From Salisapilia sapeloensis CBS 127946 (lineage: Eukaryota > Protista > Oomycota), in assembly GCA_023334545.1 (NCBI GenBank), contig JAADVB010000029.1:1-64000 (forward strand): a stretch of DNA of 64,000 nucleotides, in the 5' to 3' direction. Made by a program: the position numbers and the translations under genes. Position 1 is the stretch's first letter. The number at the start of each line of letters is the position of its first letter. The notes below the pieces were generated by a model, which ran no database searches, was not told the origin of the DNA, and saw nothing but the letters and a program-made list of their open reading frames with translations. This document shows, one piece after another, positions 42,956 to 54,173 of the stretch.

Positions 42956-44698
42956 CTATGCTTCCAACTTTTCCAAGACTAATCTAGTTCCTGTCTGACT
43001 CTCCGATAGCTTCTTCAGCTTCTTTTTATCCTTCTTCAAAGCCTTCGCAATCACCTTCTTAGCGTTTGAAGAACCATGCTCAGCCTCTAAGAACGCAAGC
43101 ACGACAAACGCACTACGATTGTTCTGACTCCACTCGGCCAAGTCGTCCACCACTGCATCCAAAAGAGCTTCAGCAACGACAGTCTCTTTGATCAGTCGTC
43201 GCAAGGCAAAGTGAGCCACGGCGTCCTGGTACAAAGGTTCCACCTCCTGTTCCTCGTCTCCTTCCTCCACAGCCATCGGCTCAGATGTCACGAGTTCAAT
43301 CAACTGCTTCGGCAACTCGTCACTCTCGCTTTGCTTGAACACTTCGGCAACAACATCACGTCCTTCCTTGGATCGAAGCAAAGCGTCCATGTTCTCCATG
43401 CACATGTCTTCCAACTTGGGCAATAGGCTTTGAAGCAGCTCCTGTCGACGAACTTCTGGTTCCTTCTTGTAATTCACAACCTTCACTTCCGGATCTTCTG
43501 GCGAAGGCACCATCGGTGGTTGCAACAAAGACACATCGTCCGGAGACAAGTACTTTGTATTCATTGGACTCAGGAGGTGCAAAAGGACCTTGCGACCAGT
43601 CGGGTGCATGGCAATGTCAAAGAGGTGGTCGTTCAGTTCCGCCAGCACACTCTTTTGCACTTGGACGGTATCATCAACAACATCCAAGAGACGCATGATG
43701 ACGAGGTAGCCACTGGGATGGTTGCAAGCCTCCAGCATCTTGTCCTTGAGGCACTTGATGATGCGCTTTCGGTCTTTCGGAGACCCGATAGAGATGCACG
43801 AGACGACCACTCGAGCTCCCTTACGAGTGGACAAGAGCGCAAGGGAAGCTTCTTGGACAGACGACGCCATCTGCGCCACATCCTCATGCGGTGCGTTGGC
43901 AAAGTAGTCCCACATCAACGACTGGACAAAGGCCAAGTCGAGTAATTGCTTGTTCGTCATACGCGTGAGGACCGTTCCGAGATTCTTAAGGATCTCCTGC
44001 TTCTTCGTCGGGTTCGCAGCCAACAGGTCGGTCAAATTCTTCTTGTTCTCCTGCTTAAAGTACGCAAATTCTTTTCCAAAGAACTCGAGTTTCAATCCAG
44101 ATAGTTGAGAAGGCTTTAAATGCTCTTGTGCAGTCTCTAGGACATGAGCTGCAATATTGTGCGTGCCCAATTCAACGACATGACCAGTGAACTGTTTCAC
44201 GAGCACAGCACGATCCGCATTACTCCCGTATCGGAGCATCTTTTGCACCAAAAAGGAGCCATACTGCGTCTTACACATCTCGACAATATGTTCTTTCATC
44301 TCCTCCACAACGGCAGATCGCTGCTCTTTGGTACCAAACTTAATAAGCGCTTGGATGACACGAGACGCGTCGTGACGAGCAGCCACTTCATTCATCTTCC
44401 CTTGCACAATTGTAAAGAGCTCATCGATCAACTTGCGTCGCTTCGCTGGGTCAATGTCACGTTCACGAGCAACGTTCCAAATCTCCTTGGCGCGAGTCAC
44501 CGTCTCATAGTGTGGTTTTTGCATCTTCCGCTGCTTCTTCGCTAGCTTCTGATCCACTAGCGACTTCTTCGATGCATCCGGTTCATGACGCTTACGAGAC
44601 TTTTGTGCTGACTTGTCAAACTTGCCTTTCGACTCCCCATTTTTAGAAGCAAACTTTGGCTTGGACGTCGATGGTGTCGAGGTAGTAGGCTTGCCCAT
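42956..44698 (-). CDS. PUM3: Pumilio homologue 3 / Puf6 (nucleolar, CPL domain)
   Basis: Basic N-terminus, RHDASRVIQALIKFG, KTQYGSFLVQKMLRYG, STRKGARV, DVVDDTV, YKKEPEVRRQEL. Confidence 0.92.
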   Translation of the reverse strand: MGKPTTSTPSTSKPKFASKNGESKGKFDKSAQKSRKRHEPDASKKSLVDQKLAKKQRKMQKPHYETVTRAKEIWNVARERDIDPAKRRKLIDELFTIVQGKMNEVAARHDASRVIQALIKFGTKEQRSAVVEEMKEHIVEMCKTQYGSFLVQKMLRYGSNADRAVLVKQFTGHVVELGTHNIAAHVLETAQEHLKPSQLSGLKLEFFGKEFAYFKQENKKNLTDLLAANPTKKQEILKNLGTVLTRMTNKQLLDLAFVQSLMWDYFANAPHEDVAQMASSVQEASLALLSTRKGARVVVSCISIGSPKDRKRIIKCLKDKMLEACNHPSGYLVIMRLLDVVDDTVQVQKSVLAELNDHLFDIAMHPTGRKVLLHLLSPMNTKYLSPDDVSLLQPPMVPSPEDPEVKVVNYKKEPEVRRQELLQSLLPKLEDMCMENMDALLRSKEGRDVVAEVFKQSESDELPKQLIELVTSEPMAVEEGDEEQEVEPLYQDAVAHFALRRLIKETVVAEALLDAVVDDLAEWSQNNRSAFVVLAFLEAEHGSSNAKKVIAKALKKDKKKLKKLSESQTGTRLVLEKLEA

Positions 44699-44899
44699 GG
44701 CGACTTGGAATGGTTTGCGACGGTCTATCGGTCCGAGCTCCAGTCATCGACAGCAAATTTCATTGGTTGAAAATACGTTTCCATCCAGTTGAAGATATAA
44801 TCAGAATGGGTACATGGAGCCATTCGATCGTTTCGCCCTGATAGAGATAAACCGCTACGACTAGTTGCGAGATCCTCGAGAGGACGCAAGAAAGAAGCT

Positions 44900-47800
44900 A
44901 TGTGTGCTTTATTCTACGACTACCACGTTGCATTGGCTACTCATCGACATGTTGCATGTGAGTGGGGAGAGACGGAACCGTTGCTTGTTGCTGGTCTCGA
45001 CAATAAGGAGGTTCATACGTTTACGGATGAAGGTGAAAAGAACCCGGGAAGTGAGACGTATACACGGACGGCGGATATTGTGGCAATGCAGTGGCAGCCA
45101 CGCGGTGGTGCACTGGCTATTGGCTGGAGTGACGGTATGGTCTCGCTCTGGGTACCTAAAGAAAACACGAGTCGGGAAGTGAGCTCACCTCACACTGGCC
45201 GAGTTGGATTGCTAAAGTGGGCACCAACAGGCAATCGTCTGCTTTCGGCAGATGACAATGGAATGTTGAGTGTCTGGAAGGTAGACTACCGGTATCAAAT
45301 GTCGCTGGCTACGAACTACACGCGACAGGGTAGTCTTACCCAATGTGTCTTTGCAACATTAACACCTTCGATGGAAAAGAAGTCACGCAACCGATCTATA
45401 TCGGCTACGAAAGGACCTTGTCCATCGTTCTTCTTTGGTGGAGAAATGGGATCTGTTCACTACGCGGATGACTTGGGTCACATTTCAGACATTCACGTCC
45501 TAAACCATTCGATCGATGCCATGCTGTTCTATGAAGAGCGAAGCCGTTTAATTGTGATTACTCGAGCTTTGCAAATGGTTATTTTCCAAGTCGAAATGGC
45601 TTCAGGAACTGTCCAGCCCATCTTACGCGTCAAGCTGAGCGTCGCTGGTGATGGCTCCTTGCGTGATATTACATGGGCAGGCCCTGGACTTCTTGCCATC
45701 GCCTCTGGAGAACCTTTACTACGTTTGTGGGATCTTCAGGCAGAAGAAAACAATGTGCTTTCGTTGCCAAAACAGTCGAGCGGAGGCCTCCAAGCTACAT
45801 GTTTATCTTTTAGCCCTCAGCGCCGACTGCTGGCAGCAGGTACAGCGCAAGGTACTGTTGTCTTCTGGAAAGGAACGACAGTAGTAAGCGATGAGAAAGA
45901 GAATAATAGAGCAAGACTGTCACACCGCTGGGATACAGTGTTTACTATTGATATCGGCCAAAGCTGCTTGCATGTCAAGTGGAGCTCCCTCTTCTCCGCT
46001 TTGAGTGTCAGCACAACGGATGGAATTGTTGTATTGCATGAAGGCACCATGCAAAGAAAGCTTTCAGGAGATACTGCGGTCATCCAGTCCCGACCTTCTT
46101 CTCTATCTGTTGAACGTTTCCGAGATGGTACCATCACACAGACGACGCTAGCGACGTCAATTCGTGTTAAAGGACTTTCACATGATGGCATCTCTCTTGT
46201 TATTTGGAATGGCTCTCGTGGTGAGACGTATGAATTGCGCGAAAGTGGGCCTCGTCTAGCGAGTCAATTTAAGTGCGGATCCACGTCCATGGAGATCCGT
46301 GGTGATTCCATTTATCGGACGAATGGAAACCATGTAGAAGTATGTAACTTGCAGGGTGTTGTTAAGAATACTATTTCGTTCACAGAAGCGGAGGGAAAGC
46401 CATCACTTTTATCCATTCAAGGTAAATTCCTGGCTGTTGTGACGGATTTTGCTCTGCTTCGAGTCTTTGATCTCTCAAGACGAGAGCCAAAGGTTACTGG
46501 TGCAATGGGTAACTTACACGAGTACAAAGAAATAAAAGGAATGAAGAAGGCAGTCGTCTCTAATATGGTCGTAAATGCCGATGGCACGCGCATTGCATTT
46601 CTGATAGAGAAGCAAGAAGGACAATTACGAATTCGAGTACCGGTGAATAAGTTATTTGTCTTTCAGACCGACCTAAACGTATTCCATTCGTACGACTTTG
46701 GACCGGATCGTACACCGTCAACAGTTTGCTTCGATCCGCATGAGCCAAGGCTGATGTCCTGTGAGGTTGTGCGTAACGAGAAGGACAAGATGATATCGAA
46801 AAAAGATATCTCCGATGAAAATGCTAGTGAATCGTCGGATAAAGAGATCATTATTGCATTTGCTTCGAATGACCATGGTATCATGCTTCAAGATAGCTTT
46901 GACTTGGATGTCAAGTATTCGGTGCTACTTGGTATCCAAGTCCCTAGAGTCTACCTAATTGCACAACATGAAAAGGATGATGGAGAGGCTCCAAGCAGCT
47001 ATTTACGAGCCAAGATCATGCGTGACTTTGTTGGGTTTGATAAAGTCGATGAGACTGCTCGCCAAGCTTTGATCGACTTTTGCTATTACATGACAATTGG
47101 AAACATGGATGAAGCATACCGGAGTGTCAAGCTTATTGAAAATCCATCCGTGTGGGAAAATATGGCGCACATGTGCGTCAAGACGAAGCGACTAGATGTT
47201 GCAGAAGTATGCCTTGGTAACATGGGCCATGCTCGTGGTGCTGCAGCAGTTCAGGAAGCGAAGAAAGAACCACAGATCGAAGTACCAGTGGCAATGGTCG
47301 CTATTCAGCTTGGTCTTTTAGATGATGCAGCGCGGTTGTATCGCGAGTGTGGTCGATACGATCTGCTGAACAAACTGTATCAAGCAAGTGGATACTGGCA
47401 GAAAGCCACAAAGATCGCTACAAAGCAAGATCGAGTTCACCTAAAGACAACTTACTATGAGCTCGCTCAGCACTACGAAGAGATGGGCGACCTCGAAGGA
47501 GCGATTACTGCATATGAAGATGCTGGTACGCATCACAAAGACGTTCCTCGTATGCTGTACAAAGCGGGCAAGATGGAGATGCTACAAAAGTACATTACCA
47601 CAAGTAAAAATCGTGACTTGCTCATTTGGTGGGCTCAATTCCAAGAGAGTAAAGGGAATCTGGACAAAGCGATCGAGACTTATGAACGAGCGGATGACAT
47701 CCTATCCGTTGTACGCGTACTATGCTACAAAGGAGAGTACAAGCCAGCCGTCAAGCTTGTGCAGTCTAGTGGACATCGTGGTGCCGCTTATCACCTCGCA

Positions 47801-49168
47801 AGACAGTTTGAGCTTCAAGAAGATGTCCAAAGCGCCATCCATTTCTTCGCGAAAGGAGGTTGTTACAACCATGCCATTCGCCTCGCAAAGGAACACCACT
47901 TTGATGCAGAGCTAATGAGCTTTGCCGTTCGGAGCAAGCAGAGCGATATGCTGGAGTGCGCTGCTTACTTTGAAAATCGAGGTGATATGGCCAAGGCAGT
48001 GCAGCTTTATCAACGCGGTGGTAATCTGAGCAAAGCACTTGATTTGTGCTTCCAAGCACAGCTCTTTGACGAATTACATCATCTTACGGACGAACTCGGC
48101 TCTGCGGATGCATCTCCAGTCATTGTCAAGAAGTGTGCTGCATTTTTCGTCGCAAATTTACAGTACGAAAAAGCGGTGCACATGTACTTGCGTTTATCCA
48201 GACTGGTGGAAGCTCTTGATATTTGCCTCGAACATAACGTCAAGGTGACGGAAGAGATGGCAGAGCAGATGACTCCAGCAAAAGATGACAAAACTGTGGA
48301 CAAGAAGCGTCGTGTGGAGGTACTTCAAAAGCTCGCCAAGTGCTGCAAACAGCAAGGATTGTACCACTTGGCAACGAAGAAGTATACACAGGCTGGAAAC
48401 AAGCTCAAAGCCATGAAATGCCTTCTCAAGTCGGGCGATACGGAGAAAGTCATTTTCTTTGCCAACGTATCGCGCAACAACGAGATCTTCATCCTTGCTG
48501 CCAACTACCTCCAAACTCTAGATTGGCGACAAGATGCTGAAATCCTCAAACATATTGTGACTTTTTACTCTAAAGCAAAAGCTACTGAACAGCTCGCTGC
48601 ATTCTATGATTCTTGTGCTCAAATGGAAATTGAAGAGTATCGCAACTACGCAAAGGCAACCAATGCTATTAAGGAGGCGATCAAAGTGATCACAAAGTCT
48701 CGTGGTGATGGCCGTGAAAAACTTCTTGCGCGATACGAAACCAAGTTATCACTGATGGAGCAGTTTGTCGATGCGAGAGCTTTATGGAAACAAAACAGAG
48801 CAGAAGCAGTTTCTGTCATTACGAAACTACTAGAGGAACCAGACATTGCAGACGCCATTCGAATAGGTGATGGATATGGAATGCTTGTGGAAAGTGCGTA
48901 CGCTAATGGAGACTTTTCACAATGCGCCACTCTACTCCAAATGATGCAACGTAAAGGAATTACTATAAAAGCGTACGTGGATACAAGAGTTCTACGGAGT
49001 GTCGAAGAGCATATGAGAGGCCTTAATTCTGCACAGGAAGCTGATGGGAAGACCGGATCAACTAGCACGGGTAGCGAAGTCAAAGGCGCAAAAGGCAGTG
49101 ATAACGATGCTGAAGAAGAAATTGATGAAGATGGAGAGATGGAGGAAGACATCGAGGAAGAGGATTAA
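44900..49168 (+). CDS. IFT140: Intraflagellar transport protein 140 (IFT-A)
   Basis: WD40 N-terminus; MRDFVGF..ALIDFCYYMTIGNMDEAYRSVKLI..VWENMAHMCVKTKRLDVAEVCLGNM; TPR region; AMKCLLKSGDTEKVIFFANVSR..AANYLQTLDW. Confidence 0.96.
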   Translation: MCALFYDYHVALATHRHVACEWGETEPLLVAGLDNKEVHTFTDEGEKNPGSETYTRTADIVAMQWQPRGGALAIGWSDGMVSLWVPKENTSREVSSPHTGRVGLLKWAPTGNRLLSADDNGMLSVWKVDYRYQMSLATNYTRQGSLTQCVFATLTPSMEKKSRNRSISATKGPCPSFFFGGEMGSVHYADDLGHISDIHVLNHSIDAMLFYEERSRLIVITRALQMVIFQVEMASGTVQPILRVKLSVAGDGSLRDITWAGPGLLAIASGEPLLRLWDLQAEENNVLSLPKQSSGGLQATCLSFSPQRRLLAAGTAQGTVVFWKGTTVVSDEKENNRARLSHRWDTVFTIDIGQSCLHVKWSSLFSALSVSTTDGIVVLHEGTMQRKLSGDTAVIQSRPSSLSVERFRDGTITQTTLATSIRVKGLSHDGISLVIWNGSRGETYELRESGPRLASQFKCGSTSMEIRGDSIYRTNGNHVEVCNLQGVVKNTISFTEAEGKPSLLSIQGKFLAVVTDFALLRVFDLSRREPKVTGAMGNLHEYKEIKGMKKAVVSNMVVNADGTRIAFLIEKQEGQLRIRVPVNKLFVFQTDLNVFHSYDFGPDRTPSTVCFDPHEPRLMSCEVVRNEKDKMISKKDISDENASESSDKEIIIAFASNDHGIMLQDSFDLDVKYSVLLGIQVPRVYLIAQHEKDDGEAPSSYLRAKIMRDFVGFDKVDETARQALIDFCYYMTIGNMDEAYRSVKLIENPSVWENMAHMCVKTKRLDVAEVCLGNMGHARGAAAVQEAKKEPQIEVPVAMVAIQLGLLDDAARLYRECGRYDLLNKLYQASGYWQKATKIATKQDRVHLKTTYYELAQHYEEMGDLEGAITAYEDAGTHHKDVPRMLYKAGKMEMLQKYITTSKNRDLLIWWAQFQESKGNLDKAIETYERADDILSVVRVLCYKGEYKPAVKLVQSSGHRGAAYHLARQFELQEDVQSAIHFFAKGGCYNHAIRLAKEHHFDAELMSFAVRSKQSDMLECAAYFENRGDMAKAVQLYQRGGNLSKALDLCFQAQLFDELHHLTDELGSADASPVIVKKCAAFFVANLQYEKAVHMYLRLSRLVEALDICLEHNVKVTEEMAEQMTPAKDDKTVDKKRRVEVLQKLAKCCKQQGLYHLATKKYTQAGNKLKAMKCLLKSGDTEKVIFFANVSRNNEIFILAANYLQTLDWRQDAEILKHIVTFYSKAKATEQLAAFYDSCAQMEIEEYRNYAKATNAIKEAIKVITKSRGDGREKLLARYETKLSLMEQFVDARALWKQNRAEAVSVITKLLEEPDIADAIRIGDGYGMLVESAYANGDFSQCATLLQMMQRKGITIKAYVDTRVLRSVEEHMRGLNSAQEADGKTGSTSTGSEVKGAKGSDNDAEEEIDEDGEMEEDIEEED

Positions 49169-49241
49169 ATTGAAACACACAAACGCTTATCCGTTACATA
49201 GACTAATTTCTTTTAGAATCCACGTCCAATTTACGACTACT

Positions 49242-50531
49242 ATGTCAGATAACCATGCATCAACTTTATCTTCAAAAGCCTTTGTCATCCCAGAACCTGA
49301 ACTCACACCTTACTTGACTTGCCAGCGATGCAATTGCGTCTCTTTCATCGACGTGAACCGTGTCCGCCCCAAGGGTGCTGATTTTAGCACATCGGATGTC
49401 TCCACTTATGAGCAACTGCCTGTATGTATTGGATGCGGATCGACAAAGTATCTCCGTGCTGGTATCGTCAGTTTTCAAGGACAGATAGAAGCTGCACGGA
49501 AGGCAGCAAAAGAATTTGAACGAAAGCGGATACCTGCCACGGCGTTACTCCAACGGATGGCAAGAGGGTTTCTTGGTCGAAAGGAATATCAGCGTCGTCT
49601 TCGAGCGAAAAAGCGAAGAGAGAGACGAATTTACCTCGCGGCTACGTGTATCCAGTCCTACATTCGAGGTGTGCAAGCGAGACGTCGAAGTATCATTGAG
49701 CGGTGTCTAAGCATAATCCGACGAGTTCATCCGAAATTACTTTCGTATGCTATATCGAGATCGTATCCGAGTGACAAAGAAGTGTTCTGGTATAAAAACC
49801 AGTCCGAGTTACGTGTTCTCTTTTGGAATTACCGTGAATTTGTACGCCGGTCTGGCGGACGCCCGACGCTATTGAAAGTGGAAACCAATATTATTGAAAT
49901 CACGAAACGAATACTCCAACGAGAATATGTTCTGGTATCTCGGATCCAAGCTGCTTGGAGAAGCCTTACGACCCGATTAGTATTCCTGGAGTTCCGTCGA
50001 CAACAAGGTTGGTATCGAAGTATCCGGCAATCTCCCGCCATCAGGATCCAACGACTATTCCGAGGACATACTGCCAGGAAAAAGTGTAGTGCACTGCAGG
50101 CTGTTCGCAATTATCCTGTGTATCAACAGCAGTACAAGGACCATCGTCGCGTTATTGCAAATGCAAAATTGTCCAAAGAGCATCGTGCTCGATTGATCGC
50201 ATCCTACAGACGCGACTATCAATTTGACAAGACCAAAAGGATGCTCTATCCTCACTCACACGAACAAAGAGTAGTCACTAAAGTCTCTACGCAAAATCAA
50301 CTACCATCTAAAGACGCGCATGAAGATCACCCAACGTACTCACTGAAAGACAAGGCACATGCGACTGATTTAACACATCGATTTTCCCAGCTTACTGTAC
50401 ATAGTGAAAAATTTCTAGAGGCAAAACGACAAGTCGAACGTGTTAAAAGCCGTAAATTACGAGGTCCTCAACTGCATATACGAAAGGCCAAGCAATACGC
50501 GCTGCCCAATGCGCCGGAAGAGATCACATGA
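49242..50531 (+). CDS. IQ-motif protein with N-terminal CxxC..CxxC zinc site
   Basis: CQRC..CIGC and four IQ motifs (LLQRMARGFLGR, CIQSYIRGVQAR, RIQAAWRSLTTR, RIQRLFRGHTAR); first ATG outside IFT140 is at 49242. Confidence 0.8.
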   Translation: MSDNHASTLSSKAFVIPEPELTPYLTCQRCNCVSFIDVNRVRPKGADFSTSDVSTYEQLPVCIGCGSTKYLRAGIVSFQGQIEAARKAAKEFERKRIPATALLQRMARGFLGRKEYQRRLRAKKRRERRIYLAATCIQSYIRGVQARRRSIIERCLSIIRRVHPKLLSYAISRSYPSDKEVFWYKNQSELRVLFWNYREFVRRSGGRPTLLKVETNIIEITKRILQREYVLVSRIQAAWRSLTTRLVFLEFRRQQGWYRSIRQSPAIRIQRLFRGHTARKKCSALQAVRNYPVYQQQYKDHRRVIANAKLSKEHRARLIASYRRDYQFDKTKRMLYPHSHEQRVVTKVSTQNQLPSKDAHEDHPTYSLKDKAHATDLTHRFSQLTVHSEKFLEAKRQVERVKSRKLRGPQLHIRKAKQYALPNAPEEIT

Positions 50532-50671
50532 ATGTGAATGAAATTGTACTCAGATATCATATCCATCCAATCTGTATCCGTCAATAAATTATCTACCAAT
50601 TAGAAGACAATTAGAGACCCTCCATTTCACACTCGTATTCTACCATTAAACGCATCTCGAGCTCTACTTAG

Positions 50672-52292
50672 ATGGCTATGTCTACACAGCAGTACTCGGT
50701 CGTGACGTTTGGTTGCGGCGATGATGGACAGCTCGGTCGAGGTGACCGGCCGAAAGAAGTATACACGGGAATTGAAGAGGTGTCTGGTGCGAATTTCCCG
50801 CAGTCCGTGGAACTGGCTGCGGACATTGATCTCATCGCGATCTCCTGTGGATCTCGCCACACCATGGCACTCACATCCTCCGGAGATGTCTACTCTTGGG
50901 GATGGGGAATGGTACACATCCCTTTATTCTGTAGTAATATGATCTCTTGACTCAATTGCTCTGGAGTAGATGGGTCAATTGGGTCATGGCACACTGCAGA
51001 ACGCCTCGGCACCAACGAAAATTCAATTCTTTGCTGATGCAGGCATTCAAATCGGCTACATTTCCTGCGGTGGTTGCCACTCTGCTGCAGTCACGAAAGA
51101 CGGTTCGTACATGCATAAATTTCCGACATGAAGTCTATCTAATGCCATCAATAGGTGAACTGTACATGTGGGGAGAATCTCACTGGAGTCAACTCGGTCT
51201 TCCGAAAGACAGTATCAATACCCACCACTCTCTTCCAACCAAGTGTATCGTCGGAAATGAAGACGCACCAGAACGAATTGTTAAAATTAGTTGTGGTACA
51301 TCTACTAGCTACATTTCTATATAAATACTTTCTTACGTCATCATTAGGAGGAGCACACACGGCAGCTCTAACGGATGAAGGTCGTGTCTACACCTGGGGC
51401 CGATGTGACAGTGGACAACTCGGCATCGGTCGATCCTGGGTTTCCGTATCGGACGACGAAGGATCTATGGGCGTCAGTCAACCAAGACTCGTGGATGACT
51501 TTGATGGCGAGTCTGTTGTACAGGTGGCTTGTGGTGCTTTCCATACGGCAGCTGTCACGTCCTCCGGCAAGGTCTACGTCTGGGGTAAAGAGGACTTTGG
51601 TATGCTTGGCACAAGTCACGTCAAAGACATTCAGCGTCCACAACGTGTTACGTTCTTCGACGACATCCCTGCCCTGTAAGACTTCGCATCCAGTGCACTG
51701 ATACAGAGACTAATGCCTCTCCTCTTGTAGACGTGTTTCATGTGGCGGATGGCACACTGTCGTCGTCGCACGATCCGGCGCTTGCTACTCGTTTGGACGA
51801 GGAGAATACGGACGACTTGGCTTGGGCGATACCAAGAGCCGATCAGCGCCTCAACTGGTATCTTATCGTCTCGACTCCTTTTATGTAGATGGAAAACTAA
51901 TGGAGGGTGACGTAGGTGGAAGCGTTAAAGGACAAATTTGTGGTCCAGGCTGCTTGCGGAGGTTCCCACACACTGTTCCTAACGAGTGACGGCGAGGCGT
52001 ACAGTGCTGGACGAGCCGAGTATGTGGTTTGTGTTATTCAATTATTATGCAGACGACTGATGTAGATGGATATAGTCACGGTCGATTGGGACACCCGGAG
52101 TTGAAGACGACGCTGGTGCCGCAGCTGATGGAAGAAGTGAGTCCTCACGGTTTACCGATTCGCCAAGTTTCCACAGGAGGTGCACACTCGGCTGCGTTGT
52201 TACACTCATCGCATGTGCTTTTTTCACCGTTGATTACTCCCCAAGCGACGGATAATACTGTTCCTCCGATTAAGTCGTCCGATTCAGCATGA
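50672..52292 (+). CDS. RCC1/UVR8-like beta-propeller protein; multi-exon
   Basis: Repeated TFGCGDDGQLG, ISCGSRHTMALT..VYSWGWG, CGGCHSAAVT, GGAHTAALT..VYTWGRCDSGQLG, ACGAFHTAAV..WGKEDFGMLG, CGGWHTV..FGRGEYGRLG, STGGAHSAAL. Confidence 0.9.
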
Positions 52293-54173
52293 AATCTTAG
52301 ACGTACAGAGGGTAAAGAGGAATAGAGGTTGGATCTTGTCTCTTCTGCACACTTTTCCACGTCCAGTAGCATGGTGTATATTTTAGTTCTTACTGGTAAT
52401 CTTAAAGCTTGGATTATCGATCTAATAATTCTCGCTGACAAAGGAAGGATAGGACACCTGGACGACTATATTGTAGTTGTATGGGATGCTTTTAAAGTAT
52501 ATCTTTCACTTGTAGAGATGAGAAACCTGAGCTAGTACTGAATTCGCTGGACTAAACTACCAGAGAGAACTCGTTAATCATTTAAAAGATACATTTTATA
52601 AAGCCAGGGTTTGGAAGACAATCATGTAGAATAGATGGACGTTTATGTTTTCGTCTCTTTTCATAATGGTAACATCGCTTATTGATAGTGATTGTCATAA
52701 AGCAATTTGACGGGCGTGTATTCCATGGCATACATTTATCTTGACACATAATTATATCGCATTCGTCAGCTCTTCAAAGGTGAAGTTGTCAAATTTGTAA
52801 GTTGCAAACTAGTTTTAGCTGATTTAATAAAGATATATTTTGTTTGACCGGTGGCACATTTCCGCTATAGCAATACAGTTAGACCGTGTTCGTGTTGAGT
52901 ACCGATTGTGCAAAATTGGGGGTTCAGCTTTTGTAGTTCTATTCCTGATAGTCAAATCGAGCAATGCCGCGTTTGCTGAGAATAGCCGATTGTGGCTTGC
53001 CACTTGCCATTGGAAACCTAGCGTAGCACTTCTATACAGCCTTCCTGCCAAACTAGGAGTGCAGGAACAAGTGATCGTTCGTCTTGGATGCAATCATGAG
53101 GAAGCCATCTTCGAGAAGACTTCAAGGCACGCCTGGTGCTCGACATGTGCAAATTTGAAAAAGCGCGCGAAAGGCTTGGTGAGCTTTTCGCTTTACTTGC
53201 GCTAGTTAGCTCTTCGCTATTATTTCGGAGCAGATGTAGTACAGTGGTGGATGAAATAATTGGTTGATATTTTCGACTCACACTGTACATCGTCCCTCTG
53301 AATTAGCTTTTTTTCAAAGATTCATTTTTTAAATTTATCTTTGGAATCCATGTTGGACTTTCCTTCTGAATTAGCGAAGAGCTCAGTGTTGCAAATAAAT
53401 CGAATGCAGCTTCAACTTGAAAGGCTTCGCTGATCTACCATGATAAGCTCGACACTAGTCCCGCCAAGACATGACAGAGGAACGGACGATGCACGTGGAT
53501 AGGAGCGGAAAGGTGGATAGCGACATAAGAATAGGCCGACACCAAATACTTGGGTGTTGATTTCAATTATATTTCATGTGGGTTTGTTCGCAAAATGTCT
53601 AGTATATATGATACCTGATTATCTGCCCAACGAACACGGCCTTAATGCGTAACTAAGTTTAGCTTACGGATAAAGTGGATCCTATGTTGTTCACGGACTA
53701 AATGATATCTCAAAGCATGGTGTATTCAAGCAAGCATTTGTCTATTCTTGCTTGCTTTTGGTTATGTTGCGAGGTTGACTTTTCGGCACACTGACGATTT
53801 GCCCTCTAGTAGTACCCTGCTTTCTTATCTCCATACATTATGACCATGATATATGAAGGCTGATAGGTAAATGGACGGGAACAATTTCAAATCCTGATAA
53901 AAGTAGCTTTGCATGCAACAAGTCCGCTCAAGCTGGTCCTTGCTGAAATTCTGGTAGAATTCGTCACCGTCAATTTTGCTCGAAACTTCTAGGCAATCAA
54001 TTATCTCGTCTTTATCTCTAGCTACTTAGATACCGGCTATTCGACTACCAATTCATTGACTCTAAGATGGCTATATCATCATAACTTATGCCACTATGCA
54101 TCTTGGAATGTGAGAAATTGCATGTGGCATGTATCAATCACCGATCAAGTCTCGATCGTTTATATTTCAACCT

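Noticed and set aside
53206-53384. MITE-like element from an 11-bp inverted repeat
   Set aside because: No clear target-site duplication and only one copy in the window; cannot be supported.
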